Of a DNA stretch of 36,648 nt, positions 1 through 9,212 are shown piece after piece. Made by a program: the position numbers and the translations under genes. Below the pieces are notes generated by a model, which searched no databases, had not been told where the DNA came from, and saw only the letters and a list, made by a program, of their open reading frames with translations. Within the stretch, counting starts at the first letter, position 1. Every line of letters begins with the position of its first letter. The stretch comes from Octopus bimaculoides (taxonomy: Eukaryota): positions 37,464,709 to 37,501,356 of the forward strand of contig NC_068994.1 of the NCBI RefSeq assembly GCF_001194135.2, in the 5' to 3' direction.

Positions 1-21
1 ACGTTAAACGATGATGATGAT
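1..21 (+). mobile_element. 3' terminus of an RTE-type retroelement (cut by the window edge)
   Basis: acgttaaac(gat)n is identical to the end of the element at 1801-2107. Confidence 0.7.
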
Positions 22-377
22 ATATATATACACACACACACACATATATATATATATGTAAATCCATATATACATTCATAAATACAAGCATATATACAAA
101 TATATCCCTATGCCTCTGATTAAAAGTTGATAGAATTAAGTTTCAAAAACAAATGCTCTCTTTTTTTAAATAAAATCATATCATATATTGTTTTCAGATA
201 TAATAAAAGATTCATATTTATTCATAATTAAAATTTATTAATTAATGTTTCTGGCATAATTATTTTTATCACGTAATGTTTTATTTATTGTTTTTGCTTT
301 TGTTATGTTTAATTTCATTTTGTAAATCACTTTAATCATACACTCAGCAAGCTTTTACAGTGATGCAGACTAAACTG

Positions 378-381
<4 letters not shown>

Positions 382-420
<39 letters not shown>
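382..420. repeat. Poly-T homopolymer (poly-A on the minus strand), 39 nt
   Basis: Uninterrupted T run; no adjacent poly(A) signal or target-site duplication found. Confidence 0.95.
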
Positions 421-421
<1 letters not shown>

Positions 422-1736
422 TTAATTGCCTAAAAATAAAGCTTTGCTACATTTTCAAAGTTTTGAATTCAACTTTAACTAAAACGATCTGTCATAAATT
501 TTCTAAAGGGTTCAAACCTGGAGATAGTCCAAAAGGAAAAAAAGAGAAATCCAAAGCAAAACAAATCTCTTTTTTCATGATCTTGGACAAAAGTTTTGGC
601 TAATTTGGCAGAATGAACCAGAGTATTAACATGTTGGTTTTTTGCCAGTCTGTAGAGTTGTTCTGTATAAGGAAACTGATACTTTTGTGAACTTTTTTTT
701 CCTGCAATATCGTGCAGTGACACATTCATAGCTGAGAATGCTTGACTCTCACACCAATACTTCAACTGGTGAGTTACAACCTACACCATTGCACCATAAC
801 ACCATCATATTCATGTCAATTGTAGACAATTTTCCTTGAATTATTCATATAATCCTTTCAAATATTTATAACGATCATTTGAAGGAAAGAGTAAATATCT
901 ATTTTTCAAAAGAAATTCAGGTCATCCCCTTTCTTTCATTCAAAACATTGCTTTTTTTGTCAATGGGTTTCCAGGAACAATCCTTACAGCAAGTTCTAGG
1001 TTTTTTCTGATCCTCCTTATTGTGATGTTGGATATTATTCCCTTGTTGCTCTCAGCAAAATTCTTTTGATACCTGTTCCCTACTACTAAAAATTACTTTG
1101 ATAAGCTTACTCTAGTTTCTTAGATTCAGAGGTTTCTTTCTCCTAGACCCAATTGTCCTTATTACTAATGTTTTCATGGTGAATTTTGTCATTAAGACTA
1201 AGTGGAATATCTAATAACTATCATGGTTAATTATTTTTAGTCAATGGTCCTGAAGCTATTCCATTTCAGTGAACATTATTTTGTCTAATTAAGTAAACTA
1301 AAAAGGCTTGTTCTACATTTTTTTGGAAAAGAATATGAAAGGAAAAGTTCACAAAAAAATCTTAACAAAACATCATCTGAATAAAAAAATTTTTAAAAAA
1401 TGAGACACAAGAAATATTGAAATACAACCCCTTGTTCAACCCTCCACAAATTCTTGGAGGCAAAGGACACAGTGAATAGTTCCCTCAATCCTCTCATAAT
1501 GCAGTTAGTTTTGAAAGGAGAGATGGAGGGGGTACAAAAAGAGGATAGGGAGAAAAGAAGAGAATAAAGGTAGACAAGAGAGAAAGAGAGAGAGAGAGGG
1601 GGAGAAAGAGGAAGAGAATATATCCTCTACCACCCTGCACTTATTACCATTAATTTATTAGGTTAACATTAAGTTGACCAACTGTTGTGTGGGTTATTGT
1701 TGATACATGAGCAGATACACATACGCCCACACACAC

Positions 1737-1795
<59 letters not shown>

Positions 1796-1800
1796 CACAC

Positions 1801-2060
1801 AGTGCCACTGGACTGGCTCCCGTGCAGGTAGCACGTAAAAAACACCACTTGAGCGTGGCCGTTGCCAGTACTACCTGACTGGCCTTCATGCCGGTGGCAC
1901 ATAAAATCACCTACTACACTCTCTGAGTGGTTGGCGTTAGGAAGGGCATCCAGCTGTAGAAACTCTGCCAGATCAGATTGGAGCCTGGTACAGCCATCTG
2001 GTTCACCAGTCCTCAGTCAAATCGTCCAACCAATGCTAGCATGGAAAGCGGACGTTAAAC

Positions 2061-2107
<47 letters not shown>
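1801..2107 (+). mobile_element. 5'-truncated RTE-type LINE 3' UTR (or RTE-tailed SINE) with a (GAT)n tail
   Basis: Homologous to 32060-32325, which directly follows an RTE ORF2 C-terminus. Shared motifs include gtggttggc(g/a)tta(g/a)gaag, atccagc, gaaact and gcatg(g)aaa...gttaaa, then about 15 GAT units. Confidence 0.75.
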
Positions 2108-2149
2108 CACACAGACATATATATGTGTGTGTGTGTGTTTGCATATATA

Positions 2150-2450
2150 TCATGGGCTCTTCTGTCATAGACAACAGATGCAGGTTTTGCAAATTTTTGC
2201 TGAACAACCTACACAAAGGATTTATTTACAGTAATCGAATGTTTGTGCTGTATATTAGCCTATTCTTTCCATGAAGCCAACATTGCCTGTACAAGTGCAT
2301 GGTGTACCACATGGCAGATGTCAAAGCAATTGCAGAGTAGCATCAGATGAAGTATTTTGCACAAAGACATAACTCACTGCCTGGTCTGGGGAATGAAACC
2401 CATGCTCTTATGATCATGAATGCAATATCCTAACCACTCGGTCATGTATA
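2150..2450 (-). mobile_element. tRNA-headed SINE (family C here), diverged copy
   Basis: The reverse complement aligns along its length with 29878-30185 (ttgcattcatgatcat, gtgcaaaa, gtggtacaccat, gcacaaacatt, tttgtg-aggttg). A-box-like TGACCGAGTGG. Confidence 0.7.
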
Positions 2451-3060
2451 CTATCATGTATACCAACTGAATATATCCAAAGAGTTTAGCCAGTACAATT
2501 TGTCATAGATATCACTTCCTTGTGTTTACATACATCTCCATGGATGGATAAAGAGTTATTGCTGGACTAGTTTTAATCTTGTGTTAAAATTTCATCAGTA
2601 ACTGAAAATCCTTTTTAACTGTCCATGGTGATACTGCTTATTAATGATCCTAAGTATATTGGATAGACTCATTTTAATATGTGTTAAATTCTTGGAAATT
2701 AATTCCTGAAGATGTTGTATATATATAGATAGAATATTTACATCTATCTATTACAAGTATTGTTAAATATAATCTATAGATATGTTCTGTTGAGCAGTAT
2801 AGCATAAAAAAAAGAAAAGAAAAGAAACACAATACAATGTATATCTACAGACATAAATATATATAGAAGGTGGATGAATTTTCTGTTAACATTTCTTTTG
2901 TGAGTCCAAGCAAGATAATATTTCCCCCGGCCAGACATGTGTTTGCAGAATATTGGAAATAACTAACATTCATTCACAACGATTACATGTTGTAAAGAGG
3001 AGATACAAAACACTTACACACAATTGCACCATGTATATATTGAAAAAAGAATTTCTAACT

Positions 3061-3285
3061 TCCGGTCAGCCATTGTTATGATCGGCCATTATTATGATTG
3101 ACCGTTGACTGAACACTATTCAATTTTTTTTCTCCGTGTTTTTCTCCTTGTCTCCGTATTCTTTCTGTTGAAGAGCGTAGCTCGAAACGTCAAAGACTTT
3201 CCGTATTCCCGAGCGTCATACTAATACATCCTTTTGTTATTTACACCACCTGTCCTCGTCTGTTGTTGTTTTTTCGTATATTCTC

Positions 3286-3288
<3 letters not shown>
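3061..3288 (+). mobile_element. Penelope-like element terminal (pseudo-LTR) fragment ending at a (TA)n tract
   Basis: CpG-rich island in a CpG-poor background, containing a minimal hammerhead motif (gaagagcgtagctcgaaacgtc) of the kind typical of Penelope-like element ends. Confidence 0.65.
3160..3196 (+). ncRNA. Minimal type I hammerhead ribozyme motif with a variant core (CUGUUGA)
   Basis: UCUUU-CUGUUGA-A-GAGC(gua)GCUC-GAAA-CGUC-AAAGA. Stem I is 5 bp, stem II is 4 bp, stem III is the palindrome ACGU, and the GUC cleavage triplet ends at 3191. Confidence 0.7.
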
Positions 3289-3345
<57 letters not shown>

Positions 3346-3354
3346 TCTTTAAGT

Positions 3355-3495
3355 GTCTATCTACCAAATCTATTTACAAAGCTTTGGTTAGTCCAGAACT
3401 ATAGAGAACACTTGCCAAAAGTGCCAAGCTGTGGGACTGAACCTGAAATCATTTGGTTGGGAAACGAACTGTTTAACCAGATAGCTCTGTCAGCA
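3355..3495 (-). mobile_element. SINE family B, diverged 5' half
   Basis: The reverse complement matches the head of 4281-4683 (ggttcagtcccac, ggcaagtgt, ccaaagctttgt, gatttggtaga). Confidence 0.7.
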
Positions 3496-3956
3496 TCAGT
3501 GCATGTCTGTACCAATCCATTCCTGCATCTCATCATCATCAACATCTACTTTACCATGGATCTGAAGACACTGAATTTGAGCAAATTTTTTATTAGATGC
3601 CTTTCTTGAAGCCATCTCTCACATATCTTCAAGTGAGATAATAATCTCACTGTCTGTTGAACAACAACCAGCTTAGAAAAAAAGTGTATCTGCTCTGAAT
3701 TACATAATTCAGCCATAGCATTCACTGAAACAGATGTAAGATGGTGTAATTAAATAATTTCGGAATCAATCTCCTGTTTTTGATTTTTTTTATGTGTACT
3801 CTATGAACTTTATGACTATGGAAACCAGTAGGAGTTACTTTGAACAGTTTCTGTGGGTTTTCTTTACCATTTTCTCTTTCCATTAATAACAGTGCAAATA
3901 GAGTTCTAAATACTGTTTGTTTGTTATACAATTATAATCACACTATACAAATACAT

Positions 3957-4005
<49 letters not shown>

Positions 4006-4177
4006 TACATACATACATACATACAAAAATACCCTGTTGTTGATGTTGACTTAAAACCAACCCTGTTGCCCTTTGGTCATGGCTATTAATACAAAGAGGA
4101 TAACAATCTCTTCACAACACTCGACAGGATTATAAATTCGAATTTGAAATTAAGGAATAAGAGGAATACATAATAAT

Positions 4178-4768
4178 CAATGGCATATAGTGGTTGTTGT
4201 ATTGGGTGTGCTGCCACACCCAGTGCCACTAAATTTCAAGCAGGGGTATAACAAAAGTTTTCCATTAAGCTTTCTAATCAGGTGCAGGAGTGGCTGTGTG
4301 GTAAGTAGCTTGCTTACCAACCACATGGTTCCGGGTTCATTCCCACTGCATGACACCTTGGGCAAGTGTCTTTTACTATAGCCTCGGGCCGACCAAAGCC
4401 TTGTGAGTGGATTTGGTAGACGGAAACTGAAAGAAGCCTGTCGTATATATGTATATATATGTATGTGTGTGTATATGTTTGTGTTTGTCTCCCCAACATC
4501 GCTTGACAACCGATGCTGGTGTGTTTACGTCCCCGTAACTTAGCGGTTCGGCAAAAAGAAACCAATAGAATAAGTACTAGGCTTCCAAAGAATAAGTCCT
4601 GGGGTTGATTCGCTCGACTAAAGGTGGTGCTCCAGCATGGCCGCAGTCAAATGACTGAAACAGGTAAAAGAGAGTAAAAGAGTGAAGAGTAAATTAATGA
4701 GTAAGGTTAATATTTATAATGAACTTGCCATTTTCAATAGGTGTGCACACCCTAAATATACACCCCTG
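4178..4768. mobile_element. hAT-like MITE (about 190 bp) interrupted by a SINE B insertion
   Basis: Imperfect TIRs CAATGGCATATA and (reverse complement) CAGGGGTGTATA, with differences consistent with CpG decay. Subterminal palindromes TGGGTGTG-ctgc-CACACCCA (4203-4222) and GGTGTGCACACC (4740-4751). Identical 8-bp flanks ATAATAAT (4170-4177 and 4769-4776), although these are low complexity. Confidence 0.5.
4281..4683 (+). mobile_element. Near full-length, young tRNA-derived SINE (family B)
   Basis: A box TGGCTGTGTGG (4291-4301), B box GGTTCATTCCC (4334-4344), central domain gggccgaccaaagccttgtgagtggatttggtagacggaaactgaaagaagcc, internal TA/TG tract and GTAAAAGA-type tail. CpGs are retained. 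Related fragments recur elsewhere in the window. Confidence 0.85.
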
Positions 4769-4776
4769 ATAATAAT

Positions 4777-4985
4777 CCTTTCTACTATGGGCAGAAGGCC
4801 TGACATTTGGAGGGAGTGTGCTAGTCAATTACATTGACCCAGTACTCAACTGGTACTTATTTTATTGACCCCCAATGGATGAAAGGCAAAGTCAACCTTG
4901 GCAGAATTTTAATTCAGAACGTAAAGCCAGAAGAAATGCTACAAAGCATTTTATCCGGTGTGCTAACATTTCTGCTCACCACCTG
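4777..4985 (-). mobile_element. SINE family A copy flanked by AAT repeats
   Basis: Matches the family repeated at 26.3-30.7 kb (cctttctactat...actggtactta...gatgaaaggcaaagtc...aattcagaac...tgctaac...ctcacc). Confidence 0.8.
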
Positions 4986-5020
4986 ATGAGGAATAAGTAA
5001 TGATAATGATAATAATAATA

Positions 5021-5720
5021 TTCTTTTATGTGTTTGAGTCATTGAACTGCAGTCATATTGTATTATGACCTTGAAGAGTGTGATTGATCAATTTGATCCA
5101 ACTTTTTATTTTTTGTGTCAATCACAGGAATGCAGCCAAGCTAGGGTACTGCCTTGAAGAGTTTTAGTTAAATGAATTGATCTCTAGACTGATACTTTTT
5201 AAGCCTGGTACCTATTCTATCAGTTGCTTTAGTTGAACTGCTAAGTTACAGGGATGTAAACAAACCAACAACAGTCATCACACCATGCAAATATAGACAG
5301 ACAGACAGACACACATACACATACACATACAACAGGATTCTTCCAGTTTCCCTCAGCCAAATCCACTCACTGGCTTTGGTTGCCCCAGGGCTATAGTAGA
5401 ATGTGTGCATGTCTGTGTCTGTGTTTGTCCACTACTACAGCATGACAACTAGTGTAGGCTTGTTTACATACTAATAATTTAGCAGTTTGGCCAAACGGAC
5501 TGATAGAATAAGCACCTGGCTTGAAAACTAAGTACTGGAGTTGATTAGTTTGACTAAAACCTTCAATGTGGTGCCCCAGCATGGTCATAGTCCCATGCTG
5601 AAACAAGTAAAACATAAAAAATACATGATGGGCTTCTTCCAGTTTCCATATACCAAATCCACTCACAAAGCTTTGGTCAGCACAAGGCAACAGTAGAAGA
5701 GACTTGTCCAAAGAACCACT
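5021..5720. mobile_element. Rearranged SINE B mosaic: minus copy (5021-5401), plus 3' half (about 5402-5620), minus central domain (about 5628-5720)
   Basis: Segments align to 4281-4683 in alternating orientation, e.g. ccaaatccactcac at 5357 and 5653, and ccagcatgg...tgaaacaagtaaaa at 5576-5612. Confidence 0.7.
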
Positions 5721-5804
5721 GAATTATTTTTTCAATCAAAAATTTTTCTTTTTAGGCCTAATTGCCAACTGCACATTGCCACTGTCAAACAAAAATATAT
5801 TTGA

Positions 5805-5965
5805 AGAAATGGAATTTGTTGAGCTGCTGGAGCATTGAATGAAATGCCTTTTGGTATTTGTTCCAATCACCCTGCACTCAGTTCAACTTCTGCTGAGATC
5901 AGCTTTGTCATTCCTTCTGTCAGAATTGACATTTAAAGTACTACAGTCAAGTACTAAGAACTATT
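5805..5965 (+). mobile_element. Old SINE family A copy, opposite in orientation to 4777-4985
   Basis: gaaatgccttttggtattt...ctcagttcaacttctgctgagatcagctttgtcattcctt resembles the family A sense strand (gaaatgcttagc-gtattt...ctgagttcaaattccgccaaggttgactttgcctttcatcc). Confidence 0.55.
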
Positions 5966-6257
5966 CTTTTCTTCTGCATTCATTCACTTTTTCACTTTCT
6001 CTCAGAACTAACTGTATCTAACAAAATGGTATCATGTAAAAAAAAGAAGTAAAAAAGCAAAAAAAAAGAAGAAAAACATAACCAAAGAAGTGTGACAACA
6101 ACAACAACAACAAAAAACATCTTTGTACTCTTATGAAAATTCCATGATTTAAGCCATAATGTTTTTAAAGGAAGCAGGGGTCATTTATCAGCCTTTGATG
6201 CAAGGAGGATGGAAAAGTGGTATTCATTATGATCTGTCACTATTTTATATTTAATGA

Positions 6258-6400
6258 AGGTACATGGCTTAGTGGTTAGGGTGTCAGGCTTACAATCACA
6301 AGTTTGTGGGATCAGTTCCTGAATTGAATGATGTGTTGTCTCCTAGTGTAAGGTATTTTATTTCATGTTGCTCTAGTGTATTCATCTGTAATAAGTACTG
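6258..6400 (+). mobile_element. Diverged tRNA-headed SINE fragment
   Basis: A-box TGGCTTAGTGG at 6265-6275, a degenerate B box near 6308, then ttatttcatgttgctctagt. Family and 3' end unresolved. Confidence 0.45.
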
Positions 6401-6677
6401 GTTGTTGTATCCTGGGTTAAGGATAAAGTGGCCGAGAAGCTGTCTATGCCTGCTTTTGACTACAGGCTTCCTAAAACAATTAGCATTGCATGTGTAAGTT
6501 TGTTATACTTTATTGCCATATCTTTTTTTTTTTTTGATAATATAATAAATGCATTAAAGAGAAACTTTCCAAATCACAAAAAAGGTTATAACAAAAATAT
6601 GTAAAATCCCTGAGGTTACCATTATTTGGTAAGTTGTCTGTAATAGAAATATATTTTAGAAGGGTTGAAAATATGAG

Positions 6678-9101
6678 CTAACTTACCTGATAAGCTTCTT
6701 GTTTAATTGGAGGCAGATGTATCCCTGAGGTCGAACCATCCCAGTTATGGTCAGATTTGTATCCAGAATGAGGTTCTCGTCTTAATAATGTAGTCTGAGA
6801 AGTTTTATTACTGCCATGATCTGCTACCATGGTAAAAGGAACATCATATTTTGGTGATATTTGTTCACACACATAACCCGATGGTCTTCTTTCTCCAGTG
6901 CAGTCATTAGTTGTGCCATAATGAACATTTCTCTGACTCCTTTTATGAACAACACATACTATTATAGACACAACGATAGCAACAGAAACTATCACTGCTG
7001 CTACGACAATAATAACCATCAAGTTGATATGTATTCTGTTGTCTGATTCAGTGTCTTCAGCTGTGTACATTCTAGCTGTTGTATTGCTAACAGTTAACGT
7101 CAAAGACAGTGTAGTGGTGGCTGATAAAACTGGAGTACCACTGTCTTTGATAGCTAATTTTAGATTATACGATCCAGCATCATTTTGATAAACTGTACGA
7201 GAGAAAGACAAAACTCCTGTGTGTGGATTAACTTTAAACAACTGCTTATTGTTGCCTCCAAGTATTTCGTATCTGAGGAAGGAATTTACATGACTGTCTC
7301 TATCAGAAGCTCTTAATGTTGTGATGTCACTCTTACTCTGTGGATGGTAATGGACATCAAGATTGAAAGGGTTAACACTGGGAAATGTAAAATAAGGTGC
7401 ATTGTCATTTTCATCCATGATTTCAACAAAAACATTGGCTGTGTTATTCAAAGATGGTGTCCCATTGTCTTTGACTAAAACATGGAAGCTATATGTTTCC
7501 TGTTGTTCATGATCTAATGACTGAGTTGTTGTAATAAATCCAAAATTGGAAATCTTAAATGGAAGAACATATCCATGTTCATCAAACAAAGAATATGATA
7601 GCTGTCCTCCCAGACCTAAATCAGGATCTGTAGCATTGATAAACCCAACGGGAAAATTGGGTTCTTCATTTTCGTAAGTTAAGAATTTAAACGTGCTTTT
7701 TGTAAAATATGGTTGTACATCATTGACATCCATCACTTCTATGGAAAATTTTCTCTCTGTCTTTAAGGATGGAAATCCCTTATCTTCACAGACAATACTT
7801 AAATCCATGTGACTTTCTAATTCTCTATTAACTAGACTTTTGAGAACAACTTTATACTTATTTTTCCCCAGACTTTGAAGCATAAACTTCTCGTGATTTA
7901 GAATACAATCAACCTCTCCATTATGGCCACTGTCATTATCAATGACCTTCACGTAAGCAATGAAGCTACCAACTTTCACTCCTTCAGATATAGTAACAAT
8001 ATTTCCATCAGATTTAGAGACAAATTTCACATCAATCCTTGGAGCATTGTTCTGTTGGTTTAACACGTTAACTAGCACAATTGCTGTAGAACTCAATGGA
8101 GGACTGCCATTGTCTGTGGCATCAATGAAAATCTTATAGGTTTGTCTTTTATCAAATGGAAAATTTTTACTAAGAAAAATCTCTCCAGTCTCTCTATTCA
8201 ACTGAAAATAAGACTTTGTAAGGTTTGTGGTATCACTATTGAAGCTGTAAGAAACATTCCCATTTTCACCTGAATCTAAATCTTTAGCTGATATCATAAC
8301 AATGGCTTCATTTGTGTGGTATCCTTCTCTCACAGAAACATTATAAACATTCTTGGTGAAAACAGGTTCATTGTCATTTTGGTCAGTGACAGTTACAATA
8401 ACATTAAGTGTATTTTCTTTAGTTGGATAGCCACTGTCTCTGGCAATGACTCTCAATACATATTTATCTTGAATCTCTTTATCAAGTTTTTTCTTTAAAA
8501 TAATCTCAAGTTTAGATTTACCCACAGACTTTTTTGATACCGATAACTTGAAAGTTTCATTCACATTGTCAGCTAACTGATATGTAATTTGGGAATTCAG
8601 AACTCCAACATCTCGATCATTAGCATTTGGTATTGATTTTGCAGTTCCTTTACCGTCAGTTTCATAAAACTGGAGATTAACTGTTTTGTCTGGAAATTCT
8701 GGTGGATTATCATTAACATCATCGACAATGACTTTAACTTCTATAATCCTCACAAAAGAATCCTCCTTCTGAACAGCTACTTCAACAACAGCAGAACATT
8801 CAGTGTTGTATTTACAAAAGGATTCAGCATCTAATGTCAGTGCTGTGTAAAGTTTTCCTGTTTTGGTGAGGTTGAATAGCTGAGATTTCCCACTCAAACT
8901 TTCATGCAGCTGACTGAATGTAAGTAGATTGTGTTCTCGCAATGGAATGCTTTCTAACAAAAGTCTATGGGTGGCTATGTCCCCAACATATTCACCAGGA
9001 TATCTGCCTTCTTTAACATGAAAAATGATGTCAGCACAACAGGATAGCTTCAGCAAAGCCATAAGAATCCATGTAAGTTTTGGCCACACTACTGCCAGCA
9101 T
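6678..9101 (-). CDS. Pcdh: Protocadherin: large coding exon with signal peptide, EC1-EC6, TM helix and proximal cytoplasmic tail. The spliced form ends at 6687; the read-through form stops at TAG 6680-6678.
   Basis: 807-aa ORF with a hydrophobic leader (MLAVVWPKLTWILMALLKLSCCA). Six cadherin repeats with linkers DDVNDNPP, DQNDNEP, NQQNNAP, DVNDVQP and DENDNAP, plus AxDxD and xDxGxP motifs. EC1 has the protocadherin-type Cys-X5-Cys loop (FCKYNTECS). TM is LMVIIVVAAVIVSVAIVVSIIVCVV. The family is clear; the exact paralogue cannot be assigned. Confidence 0.96.
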   Translation of the reverse strand: MLAVVWPKLTWILMALLKLSCCADIIFHVKEGRYPGEYVGDIATHRLLLESIPLREHNLLTFSQLHESLSGKSQLFNLTKTGKLYTALTLDAESFCKYNTECSAVVEVAVQKEDSFVRIIEVKVIVDDVNDNPPEFPDKTVNLQFYETDGKGTAKSIPNANDRDVGVLNSQITYQLADNVNETFKLSVSKKSVGKSKLEIILKKKLDKEIQDKYVLRVIARDSGYPTKENTLNVIVTVTDQNDNEPVFTKNVYNVSVREGYHTNEAIVMISAKDLDSGENGNVSYSFNSDTTNLTKSYFQLNRETGEIFLSKNFPFDKRQTYKIFIDATDNGSPPLSSTAIVLVNVLNQQNNAPRIDVKFVSKSDGNIVTISEGVKVGSFIAYVKVIDNDSGHNGEVDCILNHEKFMLQSLGKNKYKVVLKSLVNRELESHMDLSIVCEDKGFPSLKTERKFSIEVMDVNDVQPYFTKSTFKFLTYENEEPNFPVGFINATDPDLGLGGQLSYSLFDEHGYVLPFKISNFGFITTTQSLDHEQQETYSFHVLVKDNGTPSLNNTANVFVEIMDENDNAPYFTFPSVNPFNLDVHYHPQSKSDITTLRASDRDSHVNSFLRYEILGGNNKQLFKVNPHTGVLSFSRTVYQNDAGSYNLKLAIKDSGTPVLSATTTLSLTLTVSNTTARMYTAEDTESDNRIHINLMVIIVVAAVIVSVAIVVSIIVCVVHKRSQRNVHYGTTNDCTGERRPSGYVCEQISPKYDVPFTMVADHGSNKTSQTTLLRREPHSGYKSDHNWDGSTSGIHLPPIKQEAYQVS
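6681..6689 (-). other. 5' splice donor (phase 0) ending the large protocadherin exon
   Basis: Minus strand reads GCT TAT CAG|GTAAGT TAG, a full consensus donor with the exon ending at 6687. Confidence 0.85.
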
Positions 9102-9184
9102 AATCAGTAAAAAAAATATATATAAATTATATTTCTGTTTATTTATTTCTATTTAGAAGCAAGGCATTAGCATTTACCATAAAT

Positions 9185-9212
9185 CTGAAAAATAGAAAGA
9201 AATTATTATTTT
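9185..9212 (-). other. 3' splice acceptor opening the large protocadherin exon (exon starts at 9184, 83 nt before the ATG)
   Basis: Minus strand reads aataatttctttctatttttcag|ATTTATGG: a pyrimidine tract plus CAG. Confidence 0.7.

Noticed and set aside
475-765. 96-aa minus-strand ORF as a possible downstream protocadherin exon
   Set aside because: No strong acceptor or donor in the required phase, no recognisable motif, and a low-complexity Phe-rich end.
5962-6070. Minus-strand acceptor-like site (ttttgttag at 6019-6018) that would add IQLVLRESEKVNECRRKE* in phase 0
   Set aside because: The pyrimidine tract is a simple A/G-run repeat offset from the AG, and the putative exon runs into an old SINE; unsupported without transcripts.
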